A DNA stretch of 57,692 bases from Planctomycetota bacterium (GTDB taxonomy: Bacteria > Planctomycetota > Brocadiia > SM23-32), in NCBI GenBank assembly GCA_021161675.1, contig JAGHAF010000034.1, positions 1 through 57,692 of the forward strand. The letters are read 5' to 3'. The translations under genes and the position numbers were made by a program. The notes under the pieces were generated by a model. It ran no database searches. It saw only the letters and a program-made list of their open reading frames with translations, and was not told the origin of the DNA. Within the stretch, counting starts at the first letter, position 1. Each line of letters opens with the position of its first letter. Of this stretch, positions 1-9,548 are shown piece by piece.

Positions 1-3000
1 CCTTCGGGACGTTGCGAAGCCATTCGATGATCTTGCGCATTACGTTTATACGGCCCGATTCGCCGCTGCCGACAATGCCGGCGCCATCTATGGCCTCGAA
101 CGGCCAGGTGAAGTAGAGCGAGCGGCCGCCACCGGGCAGGATGCGGTTCTGTATGGCCGATGATTTGCTGCCGCCTACGGTGCCAGGGCCGGCTCCCGTA
201 TACCAGGTGAAGACGGTGGCCGCCTCCAGGCCGTTCGGATCGAGTTCGGCCGTTCTGTCGGCGTTGCTCTCGCCGTTGGCGCCCTCGATATCCACGTCAT
301 TGATCAGGGCGCTCATCGTGTTCGGCTGGAGGCCCTCCATGCTGGTATAGTTCGAGTCTTCGGTAATCGTCACGCCGCCGAGGTAGTCCTGCTGGAAATC
401 CTGGATGTAAGGCACCAATCTGTCCGTCGTCACCGGCGGCACAGTAAGGAGGGCGGCTTCATCCGGCATATACTGGTTTGTCAGGAAGTATCGGCCTCCG
501 TTGTCCAGGTAGGTCTGCAGGTTCTGCGCCTCCTCCCAGCAAGTGGTGTCGTAGCGGAACAGGTAACCGTAGGGGCCGTCGGGCAGGAGATCCCCGCTGA
601 AGGCGACGATTATCCCCCCGGAGTCCTGGAAGGACTTCATCGCGCCCGGCGTCAGGTCGCCGTAGTAGCGCTGCTGGTTCTTGATTGTGTCCCCGTTGGG
701 ACTGAGCGTGCAATAGACGTTGGAGCACCAGTACTGGTACTTGAACGGGGCGTCCTTGCCCAGGTCCTCGCCCAACTCCTTGTTCAGGACGGGTAGCGCG
801 GGTTGCGGCAGGGACGAGTGGGCGTCCCATCCCCAACCAGACGAGCCCCAACCGGGAGGGGTATGGTCTCTGGGGTCGTCACCGGGAGCGTACCCTTTTC
901 CGTCATAGCCGGGGTTGACGTAGTAATCCTCGACCTGAGAGCCCCACGCGTCACCGTTCAGGTAGTAGCGGTCGTGCTGGTCCTGATCCACGACGAGGAT
1001 GTTGCATTCGGGGTCCCGGACGAACTGGTTGACGGCCTGGACGTAGAACCACCTTTCCTGGAGCCAGCGCCACTCGTCGCCGTCGCCAGGTTCCCAGACA
1101 GGGTTCTGAGCCTGGACGATCACCAGGTAGATGGACGGGACATAAGCGGTGAAGGCATACAAATACTGGCTGTCAACGGTCGCGCACGTTTCCGGGTCGC
1201 CGTCCCCGTCCATATCGGGATCCGCGTAACTGGGGGCAGGGAAGGACCAGTCTGACCACAGTGTCCCCTCCGCATCGTACCAATACCCACTCGTGTAGGT
1301 CGTGTTCTGTCGGAAGGGCGTGAGCACCCGAACGCGAACGACCTCGGCGTCTGTGGTGATGTGGAGCGCGACATCCACGCCGTCGTTATCTTCCGGGTGG
1401 TCCGGGTCGTAGCGGGGGATGACGTGGACAGGCATGTCGGAGGAGTTGTAGCGTGGCGTCGAGCGGTAGCCTGTCACCGGGACAGGCTGGCGCGGATTCA
1501 TATCCGACAATTCTGGCCGCGGGTCGTCCTTGTGGGCCCGCTGACACATCGGCATGAGCAACGCGCTGTCGCCAAGCAGGCAGGCGCCGAACACGGTGGA
1601 GGCCACCCGGGGCTCCTGGGCCAGGAAATCCTCATTGTGCGCGGCGATGTAATCGCCAAGGGCATGGTTGAAGATGTCGCCCATGCCCGGCCCGGTGCTG
1701 GTCTGGTATGCCTCGGCGATCAGTTTCACGAATTCAACCTTCCCCATCACAGCAGTTTCTATATCGGCCGTCTCCGGGTCGTCCTCCCTTTCGATCTTCA
1801 GGACGCCCTTTTCCAGCCTTGTCATGGTGTGTCCTTCATTCTCGTCCACCGACTTGAGGTAGTTCATGGTGTGAGTGCTCAAGTCCGGATATTCCGTCGT
1901 ATATGGCACTTCGGTGGAGTAGTCGGAACTGCTGAAGCCGATGACTCCGATGGGGCCTGCCGGCGAGAGCGTGGCCGCCTCACCGATGGACTGCTTGGTG
2001 TTTCCGCACAGGGCGTTGTCGAAGCGGTTGAGCATGGCGGTGCACGATATAAGCAGCGGCCGCCTTCCGTCAGTTGCGTCCCCGGGCCAGATGGCGGGGA
2101 AATCGTAATCGTAGATAGGGTCAGAGGGCGTGAGCCACGCGGTATCGCCATCGCCCGCCGCCGTGGGGCTCCACATGTCGCCCCGGCAGAGCAGATAAAC
2201 GAATCCCGGCACATCGGCCTCAGCAGGTTGGCTGAGGTGCGCCAGCACATTCGACCAGTCCAATTCCTCATCCCCGGTTCCAAAGATGTTCTGCTGCAGG
2301 ACTTTTATGCCGCTGAAGGTGTCATGCCCCTGTATCCTGTCGCTCAGCAGGTTCTGCGCGAAACCGGAGAAGAATTGATACCACCTGTAAAACTCGGTGG
2401 AACCGGACACCACCACCGCCCGGCCGAACCAGTTCTCATACGCGGTCTCTTTGTTGGTATCCGAGTTGAGAAGCGCCGCGTAGTTATGAATCTTCTCGAT
2501 GCACGGCTCATCCGGCTCATATGGCAGGCCGTGGGTATCCTCTGTCCTGTAATAGTGCTTGCTGCCAACAGGTATGCGGCCGACCTGGTAAGCGGGGCTC
2601 GTGCTGACGTCGGGCGTCTTAGTCTGGGAGGAGTAGAAGAAATCTGTGGGAACCCAATGGTGAACTGTGGAGCCCCCAGCCACAGAAGAGTAATGGAAAT
2701 AGAAACTGGGGGCGACACGGTCAGCATCGCCGACCAGGATGACGTACTGCAAGTTCTCGGCATCGGCCTTGTCATTTGTTCCGAAGCCATCGGGATCATT
2801 CCACGCGTGCGCCGCATCCTGGAGGAGTGTCCGGATGGCCCGCGCGGTCCATTCTTCGTACCTGTCCTGTGAGCCGTACACGAAATCATCCTTCGCAGAC
2901 AAGCCGCCCGTTTCGTTGGGTCCGGTGGCGGCTCTCTCTGCCCGGGTCATGGTGTACCAGCCGTCGAAGTCGGTGATCTCAGGCACCCAGTCGGCCTGTG

Positions 3001-4144
3001 GCGTGCAGTCGGCACGGTTAGCGGCATCATTGTTCAAACCACCGTAGGAGGCTGTCAGCTCCTCCGAACCGACCATGGCGGTCTGGATGGAGGGGTTATG
3101 AATGTTCTCGTGAATGTTGACCAGGTCCTCAGCAATGCCCTTGAAGTCATAGTCTTTCTCCTCGGGGTCGAGCGCGAGGGTGCCGTACATGCTCTCCCAG
3201 TAAACGACCAACGCCTCGGTCCCGGATTCGTTGAGCTTCGCGCTGCTGAACTCCGGCACGGTCGTGAACTCCCATCCAGCTGCGAAATCGTCGCGGAGGT
3301 CGGCCCAGAAGTACTCCTCGCCGGGGTCCTTGATATCGTCGACGCTAGCGTCGTCGTAGAGGGGATTCCCGTCTCCATCGCAATAAACGATACGCCACTG
3401 GTAGGTCCTGCCCGGCAGCAGTCGCTCGTAGTTGGGGTCAAAGTGCCAGAACTCGCGCAGCTTCTCCTGGTCGGTGCCGTTCACCGGGTCGTAGGTTTTA
3501 ACCACCAGGTCATCGTTGATGCCGGTGATATTTCCGCTCGTATCTGTCACCACCCAGTCGGGCACTTCGTCGGCATCCATGTCCCTGAGCAAGAGCTTCT
3601 CCTGCGCGCCCGCAAGGCCGTCCGGGTGCGCATTCCAGAGGAATCGCACGTACACCCCGACACGAGTGCTTCCGTCCGTCGGCTGGCACATGGGCACGTG
3701 CACTGTCCATCCCGTCGCGTCAGGGTAATAGGAGGACCCGTCGTAGATACGCCACCTGTACACCCTGTTCTCCCTGAGTCCGGCGTAGGGACCGGGGAGA
3801 CGGGGGTCGGCTATGGACACATACGGCCAATTGGGCAGGGGATTAATACTAAAAACGGCGCTGTCCCATTCGTGGGTCTCCGCCTCACCGGTGCTCTTGA
3901 CGTAGGGCGCCTGGGGGAGCCAACTGGGAGGGTTCACGCCGTCGTACTCCGTTATCTGGAGTGTGTACGTGCCGCTGCCTCGTAGCTCGACGGAGAACTC
4001 CCGGCCGGGCGCCACGGCAGAGTCATTCCTCGGGTTGGGGAATCCGACGTCCGCTCCGGCGACATTCGCCAGCAAAGATACGAGACCGAGCGCCAGAACA
4101 AGACTGCAAAGGCGGGAATTGACAGTATGATTACGCTTCTTCAT
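1..4144 (-). CDS. Large secreted C25 (gingipain/PorU)-fold protein with an appended GATase-like domain; 3' end lies outside the window
   Basis: Translated by hand; it is absent from the ORF track because no stop falls in the window. ATG at 4144 with AAGGAG RBS. Signal peptide MKKRNHTVNSRLCSLVLALGLVSLLANVAGA. Frame is open to base 1 (~1381 codons). C25 landmarks occur in order: LQYVILVGD (2726-2752), WVPTDFFYS, YQVGRIPV, PLLISCTAMLNRFD, SIGEAATLSPAGPIGVIG, LLGDSALLMP (~1550-1579). These are followed by ILVVDQD...LQTYLDNGGRYFL...SLYFTWPFEAI...RINVMRKIIEWL. Confidence 0.85.
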   Translation of the reverse strand, partial: MKKRNHTVNSRLCSLVLALGLVSLLANVAGADVGFPNPRNDSAVAPGREFSVELRGSGTYTLQITEYDGVNPPSWLPQAPYVKSTGEAETHEWDSAVFSINPLPNWPYVSIADPRLPGPYAGLRENRVYRWRIYDGSSYYPDATGWTVHVPMCQPTDGSTRVGVYVRFLWNAHPDGLAGAQEKLLLRDMDADEVPDWVVTDTSGNITGINDDLVVKTYDPVNGTDQEKLREFWHFDPNYERLLPGRTYQWRIVYCDGDGNPLYDDASVDDIKDPGEEYFWADLRDDFAAGWEFTTVPEFSSAKLNESGTEALVVYWESMYGTLALDPEEKDYDFKGIAEDLVNIHENIHNPSIQTAMVGSEELTASYGGLNNDAANRADCTPQADWVPEITDFDGWYTMTRAERAATGPNETGGLSAKDDFVYGSQDRYEEWTARAIRTLLQDAAHAWNDPDGFGTNDKADAENLQYVILVGDADRVAPSFYFHYSSVAGGSTVHHWVPTDFFYSSQTKTPDVSTSPAYQVGRIPVGSKHYYRTEDTHGLPYEPDEPCIEKIHNYAALLNSDTNKETAYENWFGRAVVVSGSTEFYRWYQFFSGFAQNLLSDRIQGHDTFSGIKVLQQNIFGTGDEELDWSNVLAHLSQPAEADVPGFVYLLCRGDMWSPTAAGDGDTAWLTPSDPIYDYDFPAIWPGDATDGRRPLLISCTAMLNRFDNALCGNTKQSIGEAATLSPAGPIGVIGFSSSDYSTEVPYTTEYPDLSTHTMNYLKSVDENEGHTMTRLEKGVLKIEREDDPETADIETAVMGKVEFVKLIAEAYQTSTGPGMGDIFNHALGDYIAAHNEDFLAQEPRVASTVFGACLLGDSALLMPMCQRAHKDDPRPELSDMNPRQPVPVTGYRSTPRYNSSDMPVHVIPRYDPDHPEDNDGVDVALHITTDAEVVRVRVLTPFRQNTTYTSGYWYDAEGTLWSDWSFPAPSYADPDMDGDGDPETCATVDSQYLYAFTAYVPSIYLVIVQAQNPVWEPGDGDEWRWLQERWFYVQAVNQFVRDPECNILVVDQDQHDRYYLNGDAWGSQVEDYYVNPGYDGKGYAPGDDPRDHTPPGWGSSGWGWDAHSSLPQPALPVLNKELGEDLGKDAPFKYQYWCSNVYCTLSPNGDTIKNQQRYYGDLTPGAMKSFQDSGGIIVAFSGDLLPDGPYGYLFRYDTTCWEEAQNLQTYLDNGGRYFLTNQYMPDEAALLTVPPVTTDRLVPYIQDFQQDYLGGVTITEDSNYTSMEGLQPNTMSALINDVDIEGANGESNADRTAELDPNGLEAATVFTWYTGAGPGTVGGSKSSAIQNRILPGGGRSLYFTWPFEAIDGAGIVGSGESGRINVMRKIIEWLRNVPK

Positions 4145-4283
4145 GACGACTCCTTATTTAGGCTTCGCAAACGGCGTGTCATCGTAACTCTTATGGACGA
4201 GCGTCCCTTCGCCCTGCCATAACCGGGCCGGCTTCACACACGGGGGCTCTGATAGCGCACTCTTCCCTTTTTCATACCAATCA

Positions 4284-4312
4284 ACTTTAGCGGATGGCAA
4301 TCCTCTTTGCAA
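4284..4312 (-). promoter_or_regulatory. Sigma70-like promoter for the C25-fold gene
   Basis: Minus strand TTGCAA-N17-TAAAGT, about 140 bp upstream of the ATG at 4144. Confidence 0.5.
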
Positions 4313-4339
4313 GTATCGAACCTGGGGGCGGGGACGGCG

Positions 4340-4465
4340 AAGCATGAAGGATAAAGTACAAGCGATGAAATCTAACCTCAACGGCGCCCTTCATAATTCG
4401 GCCTTGGACATTGAGCATTCGATATTGGATATTCTCCTGCAATCCGCAGATTACGCAGATGAACA
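4340..4465. repeat. Degenerate 7-9-mer short tandem repeats (intergenic)
   Basis: gcatgaa/ggataaa/gcgatgaa, then cattgag/cattcga/tattgga/tattc, then ccgcagatt/acgcagatg. Confidence 0.5.
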
Positions 4466-4551
4466 GCAAGGACAGAACGAGAACGGACATTCGACTCCAC
4501 TCAGGGCCATGGGCCTGCCGGAGAATATGAGAAACACGCAGTTCGCGCCGC

Positions 4552-4998
4552 TTACAACCAGCGTCGGACCCTCCTCTTATACTCCTGGTAAGATTCCCCG
4601 AAGGCCTGGCGCATGGCTTTCTCCTCGGAGCGTATGAAGAGCATTTCCATTGCCGCTACGAACGGCGGCACGACGAGCCAGGGAGTAAGGGCGCCGAGCA
4701 GCGCTGCGACACCGGCGAGCACCGCGCACATTCCGAGATACATGGGATGCCGGCTGAAGCGAAATGGGCCTTCGACGATAAGCGACGTCGGGGTCTCGGA
4801 CGGCTTGACGGTGGTCTTCGCCCTCTTGAAGAGCCCGTCCGCCCAGACGTTGACGGCTACGCCGGCCAGAATCGGCAAGATGCCGAGATATCTGTAGGGG
4901 CTCGGTATCACGCGGATCACGGGGAACAGGAAGCCAAGAGCCACCATCGCAACGACGTTGGCGAGCAACCAGGCTGGGGGTTCTATCTTTCTTATCAC
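4552..4998 (-). CDS. Isoprenylcysteine carboxylmethyltransferase / PEMT family membrane protein
   Basis: LIVEGPFRFSRHPMYLG, EEKAMRQAFGESYQEYKRRVRRWL and hydrophobic helices. Confidence 0.92.
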   Translation of the reverse strand: MIRKIEPPAWLLANVVAMVALGFLFPVIRVIPSPYRYLGILPILAGVAVNVWADGLFKRAKTTVKPSETPTSLIVEGPFRFSRHPMYLGMCAVLAGVAALLGALTPWLVVPPFVAAMEMLFIRSEEKAMRQAFGESYQEYKRRVRRWL

Positions 4999-5289
4999 TG
5001 TTCTTGGCTCTCCTGCAGGCTATCAGATACGGCACGGCATGGCAGGACACTCTCAAATATGATAAGGTTCGCAACCAATAGTCACAAGTGGGCAGGCGCC
5101 TGCCTTGACCCAAGAGGAAGCCCAGCGCGCGCAAGCCGAAGAGACAGCGCGGATCCCGCCCATGCGGGCCCGCCTCTTCCGTCCTTCGTCCCGCCGGTGC
5201 GCGACCACAGAGAGGGAAAGAGGAGGCGGGATAATGCTATTCGGCCGGTGTTGGCAGGCCGCAGCTTACAGCGGAAAGGCTGGACCTTT

Positions 5290-6471
5290 ATGGATGATGA
5301 CCGCTATAACGTGAGGATGCTGACCGTCACGTCCTGGGCGGGCCTGTTCGTATTCGCCATCGCTTCCACGCTTCTGTCGGTGAGCCTGAAGCCGATGGGC
5401 GAGGAGTTCGGCATCGGGTTCGCAGCCCGGGGGGCGCTCGGGCCGATCAGGGCCGGCTCCCTGGCCGTGTTCTGCCTCCTGGCCGGATGGGCCGCCGACA
5501 GGGTCGGCAAGAAGTGGCCTCTCGCCGTTGGCATGGCGGCCACCGCCCTGTCGCTGGTCTGGATCAGCGCCAGCCCCACCTTTGCGCTCTTCACCTGCGG
5601 GATAGTCTTCCTCGCGGTAGGCTTTGGCGTGATGGAAGCGCTGGTCAGCCCATTGGTGGCTGAGCTGCATCCGCGGGACGTGGCGTTACACCTGAACCTG
5701 CTGCACGCTTTTTACCCGGCCGGCATTGTCGTCTCGTCGCTGCTGGTTGGCTGGCTGCTCTCGAAGGGGTTGCGCTGGCGCGGGCCGTTTCTCTTCGCCG
5801 CCGTTCCGGCCCTTCTGGTGGGCCTGCTGTTTGTGGCCGCGCGCTACCCCGGCCGTGGGGCGTCGCAGGCCGCATCGCCACTGGGGGTTCGACAGATCCT
5901 CGCCCTCCCCGCGTTCTGGTGGCTGGCGCTGGCCATGTTGTTCGGCGCGGGATGCGAGGGCGGGCTGTTCTACTGGATCCCCAACTTCGTCCAGGATGAG
6001 TATGATGTCTCACCCATGGTCGGGGCGACGGGCCTGACTGTCTTCAGCGCGGCGCTGATGGTGGGGCGCTTCGGTTTCGCAGAACTCTCGCGCGTGCTGA
6101 CGCAGAAGCAGATTCTCGTCGGGCTCTCCGTAGTGGGTTGCGCTGCGAGCCTGGTGTTCGCGCTGGCGCCCGTGCTGTGGATGACCCTCATCCAGGCGGG
6201 CGTGCTGGGCCTGTGCGTGTCGGCCTTCTGGCCGGGCTTACTCTCGCTGGCCGCCAGGCACATCGCCGTGGGCTCGGCCACGCTGTTCGCGATGCTGTCG
6301 GTGGCGGGCATTGTGGGATTCGGCGTCACGCCGTTCCTCATTGGCGCCGTGGCCCAGGGGTTTGGGCTGCGCGCCGGGCTTTGCGTTATGCCGGTGGCGT
6401 TCGTGGGCACGGCGCTGGCCCTTTGCGCGGTTTTCAGGCTGTGGGCGGCGCGTGGGGAGAGCAGGCCGTAA
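5290..6471 (+). CDS. MFS transporter
   Basis: About 12 hydrophobic segments and MFS motif A (GWAADRVGKK). Start reset to ATG 5290; the upstream part of ORF 4747 is antisense to the methyltransferase. Confidence 0.9.
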   Translation: MDDDRYNVRMLTVTSWAGLFVFAIASTLLSVSLKPMGEEFGIGFAARGALGPIRAGSLAVFCLLAGWAADRVGKKWPLAVGMAATALSLVWISASPTFALFTCGIVFLAVGFGVMEALVSPLVAELHPRDVALHLNLLHAFYPAGIVVSSLLVGWLLSKGLRWRGPFLFAAVPALLVGLLFVAARYPGRGASQAASPLGVRQILALPAFWWLALAMLFGAGCEGGLFYWIPNFVQDEYDVSPMVGATGLTVFSAALMVGRFGFAELSRVLTQKQILVGLSVVGCAASLVFALAPVLWMTLIQAGVLGLCVSAFWPGLLSLAARHIAVGSATLFAMLSVAGIVGFGVTPFLIGAVAQGFGLRAGLCVMPVAFVGTALALCAVFRLWAARGESRP

Positions 6472-6677
6472 GCGTCTGCCTTCAGCGTCTCCTCCCGCAG
6501 GGCCGCGTGGCCGCGAGGACGAAGCATGAGTTCTTACATGGCAAGAAAGAATCCGCTGTGTTCCCGATCTGTTGAGGATCTGTTAGAATCAGTGGCCTCA
6601 AGCCGGACCGTTCGGCCGGGAGCCGTCTGGAATTGGGGTGGTGACCTGTTGGATTCGCGAAGGGAGGAGACGGAGAG

Positions 6678-7299
6678 ATGTCAGAGTGGAATGACCTTGC
6701 GCACTGGATGTACGGTGACGTGAAGAGCGATAGGGGGGTTCTGGTACGCGCATCCGCTTCACGAGATCAGCGGGCTCACCGAGGAGCAGCTCTTCTGGAC
6801 GCCGAACGATGATTGCCTCTGCATGTTGTGGCATGTCGGACACATCGCACATCGGGAGCGCCTCCACATCGGCAGGTTCCTTCAAGGCGCCAGCGGCGGG
6901 CTCATTCCGCCGCAGTACGAGGTCTTCGGCGCAGAGTGGTGTCCCGTCGAGAATGTCCGTGCGCCAGTAGTGACAGTATGCGCCACCGGATGTCCGCCCG
7001 GTGATAACCCGCTGTCTCGCGATTCACGTGACGCTGGCGCCCTGCTGTCGGTCATCTGTCTTTATACCTACTCCTGCAGGCGGGGGACGTCCGATCCCCT
7101 GCCTTTGCGAGGGCGACTTAGCGCCCCGCTACGGCGCGCCGGCGGCTTCCGGACTCGCTCTGCTCGTAAGCCGTGTTCCCGCCACAGGCAAGTAAACTCC
7201 GCGCCCTTCGTGAACTTCGTCCCGCAGTGGGGGGGGCAGTCCTTCTCGCGGCTCAAAGCGCTGGCCTTTTCCTGTAACGTAGTGCTCGTCGCGCCGTGA
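6678..7299 (+). pseudogene. DinB/YfiT-family protein, frameshifted and 3'-truncated
   Basis: ATG 6678 with strong RBS gives MSEWNDLAHWMYGDVKSDRG. A G6 tract (6733-6738) shifts the frame; the +1 frame reads FWYAHPLHEISGLTEEQLFWTP...MLWHVGHIAHRE. Protein-like character fades after ~6965. Confidence 0.7.
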
Positions 7300-7314
7300 T
7301 GGCTTGTTTCCTTG

Positions 7315-7560
7315 GTTGCTAATCTCTGTTAATCAGTGAAATCTGTGGATTCCCGCCTTCTTTACCGGACATAGGGGACTCTACGGACACATCAAATCTT
7401 CAGAACGAGTATAATGCAGGCGGCGTGAGCGGCGAATTATGAAGGATGAATTATGGAATACGGCGACGGGACAAAGGTTTCCCTTTCTCTGACGTCGTGC
7501 TCGTCGTGCCGTCGTGGTTAGCTCCTTGCTGTGCTCCGCGTTTTCGTGGCGAGAAGTGAC
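7315..7560. repeat. Cluster of degenerate 7-9-mer tandem repeats
   Basis: aatctctgtt/aatcagtga/aatctgtgg; gaattat/gaaggat/gaattat; cgtcgtgct/cgtcgtgc/cgtcgtggt. Confidence 0.5.
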
Positions 7561-7824
7561 TGAATGATTACGAAAGTAGAAACCACCGGCGCCGCCCCGT
7601 GTGCGCTATGTCCGCAGAGTCCGTCATGTCCCGAAACGACTGTTAGAGCGGGGCGATTGCAAAACGAACCCATTTTGTAGTAGCTATTTACGAAGAAAGT
7701 GGTTGCAGGGAGGTTTCAAGATGTTTCTCGATGCGTCACGCATTGTCGGTAACGGCGGCGTGGCCGTCACAATGTCGAAGAATCTGAGAACGGCGCTTCC
7801 GAACATAGAAAGGCCAGGCGCGAC

Positions 7825-8826
7825 ATGGCGAAACTCATAGTCATCGAAGGACCTCTGACAGGACAGTCCTTCGAGTTGACGGACGAGATGACCATCGGCC
7901 GGTTGCCCGAATGCGCGATAGCGCTGGATGACGCTTCGGTCTCGCGCCGACATACGCGGGTTCAGTCCAGGCCGGACGGCGTCTATGTCGAAGACCTCAA
8001 CAGCAGTAACGGCACTTTCGTCAACGGGCAGAACATCGCAGGGCCGTCGTTGCTTCGCGATGGGGACGTGGTGGAGGTGAGCAAGCACGTCTTCCGCTTT
8101 GCAGGGGGCGAAGAGAGCGCCCGGGCCGTCCCCGGCAAGGGCGATGAGGGCCGGGCCGCCGCCGTGGGAGTATCGGAGGATGCAGGGCTCGGCGTAGAGA
8201 TCACGGATGACGGCGCCGCAGGGGCGAGCATCGAGGGCACGCTGGACATGGGGGCTACGATGGTCGGCGGCTTCACGCCGTCGGCCGCCGGCGACCAGGC
8301 CAAGGCCAATGAGCGGCTCAGGCGCATCATCCAGATAAGCGATGCGCTCCAGACCGAGCTTGAGCTGAAGGTCCTTCTGGGGCTCGTGCTCGACAAACTT
8401 TTCGACGTATTCCGGCTGGCCGACCGAGGCTTCCTGATGCTCTACGATGAGGACGGGAACCTGAAGCCGGCGGCGGCCCGAAACCGCGCCGGCGAGCCGA
8501 TGTCGCCTGGCGCACTGGGGCTGGCTTGGCCGGGCGCCCTGCCGATGCATTTCGGCGATATCCCGACCGAACTGGCCCGGGCAGACGCCACCGATGCCAG
8601 CGGCCCCGAGAATACTGCTGAGATTATCCGGCCCTGCTGGACCATCGCAGGCTGTGGAACTGCTTCATTATTTGCAGCCGGAACCGAACTTCCTGCCCGA
8701 TCAGTTCCTTTTGGGGGAAAATGGGCAGTTTCTTCTCGGCGTCTACCTCAAACGTGTATGCGCAATGGGGGCATTCGTAGTGAGCCGTGTCCCGCTGCAA
8801 CTTGTGTTGGCATCGGGGGCATCTGA
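7825..8826 (+). CDS. FHA domain protein with a truncated GAF domain (probable partial gene)
   Basis: FHA motifs IGRLPEC, VSRRH and DLNSSNGTFVNG. GAF-type start LRRIIQISDAL...LLGLVLDKLFDVFRLADRGFLML. Sequence after ~8500 does not continue a GAF fold. Confidence 0.75.
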   Translation: MAKLIVIEGPLTGQSFELTDEMTIGRLPECAIALDDASVSRRHTRVQSRPDGVYVEDLNSSNGTFVNGQNIAGPSLLRDGDVVEVSKHVFRFAGGEESARAVPGKGDEGRAAAVGVSEDAGLGVEITDDGAAGASIEGTLDMGATMVGGFTPSAAGDQAKANERLRRIIQISDALQTELELKVLLGLVLDKLFDVFRLADRGFLMLYDEDGNLKPAAARNRAGEPMSPGALGLAWPGALPMHFGDIPTELARADATDASGPENTAEIIRPCWTIAGCGTASLFAAGTELPARSVPFGGKWAVSSRRLPQTCMRNGGIRSEPCPAATCVGIGGI

Positions 8827-8869
8827 TATCGGGGAAATAGTCCAGCGATCGAAGCGACGGCGCGCGCAT
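8624..8869 (-). CDS. Small Trm112-like zinc-ribbon protein (possibly the N-terminal fragment of a methyltransferase)
   Basis: IRCPRCQHKL...YECPHCAYTFEV...LPIF. ATG 8869 preceded by AAGGTGG. Overlaps the non-conserved tail of the FHA ORF. Confidence 0.5.
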   Translation of the reverse strand: MRAPSLRSLDYFPDIRCPRCQHKLQRDTAHYECPHCAYTFEVDAEKKLPIFPQKELIGQEVRFRLQIMKQFHSLRWSSRAG

Positions 8870-9206
8870 AAGTGCCACCTTTCCGTTAGCCGAACACCGG
8901 GTAGAAAACTCCTGTGATTTGTGCAAAGAGCGAACAAAGCTGCTTCGCGGCCCCGATACGCCGCCTCCGGCCGGCCCGGGATCCGCTGCGCAGCTCCATC
9001 TTTCAGACCTGCCAGTTGAACAATAATGCCTGGTGGTCAGTTTGTCAAACCGACGCTCGTTTTCTAGGGATTATCGGGCTAAAACATGCCTCGGGGGAGG
9101 GCGTTGACCGGCGGGCCGGCGCCATGGCGCCCGGCGGCGGCTCCGCCTCTTGACTTGCTGCGGGTTTTGCCGTTGAATAGAGCAGGCGAACAAGGAGAAG
9201 GGCCAC

Positions 9207-9548
9207 GTGGCAGGCACGCAAGCGACTGCTGGGATCGGTGATGCGCTGATCGAAGAGATCGTGCGCCGGGTGCTGTCAGTCGCCAGGCCGGACAAGATTA
9301 TCCTCTTTGGTTCCGCAGCCGCGGGCGAGATGAGCCGCGACAGCGACGTTGATCTGTTGGTCGTCGAGCCAGATCCGCACGACCGCCGTCGGGAAAGCAT
9401 CCGCATTGATGAAGCGCTCAGCGGAATGGGATATCCGTTCGACGTCATCGTCATCACCTCGGATTGGTTCGAGGCCAGCAAGACCGTGATCGGCGGCATC
9501 GCCTATCCTGCGAATAAGTACGGGAAGGTCATCTATGCAGCCGCCTGA
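9207..9548 (+). CDS. Minimal nucleotidyltransferase (MNT)
   Basis: IILFGSAAAG...DSDVDLLVV; AAGGAG RBS. Confidence 0.92.
   Translation: MAGTQATAGIGDALIEEIVRRVLSVARPDKIILFGSAAAGEMSRDSDVDLLVVEPDPHDRRRESIRIDEALSGMGYPFDVIVITSDWFEASKTVIGGIAYPANKYGKVIYAAA

Noticed and set aside
1361-3985. Plus-strand ORFs 1361..2872 (503 aa) and 3098..3985 (295 aa)
   Set aside because: Antisense shadows of the large minus-strand C25-fold gene; no recognisable motifs.
4150-4330. Possible cyclic-dinucleotide riboswitch upstream of the C25-fold gene
   Set aside because: Only a GCAAA-like word is present and the two-hairpin architecture is not evident; better explained as a promoter. An Rfam scan would settle it.
4747-5289. 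N-terminal extension of the MFS ORF
   Set aside because: Overlaps the methyltransferase antisense and intergenic DNA; MFS character begins at 5290.
7660-7676. CAAAACGAACCCATTTT motif, possibly a dispersed element end or LexA-type box
   Set aside because: Single copy in the window and no partner half-site; cannot be supported without a genome-wide search.
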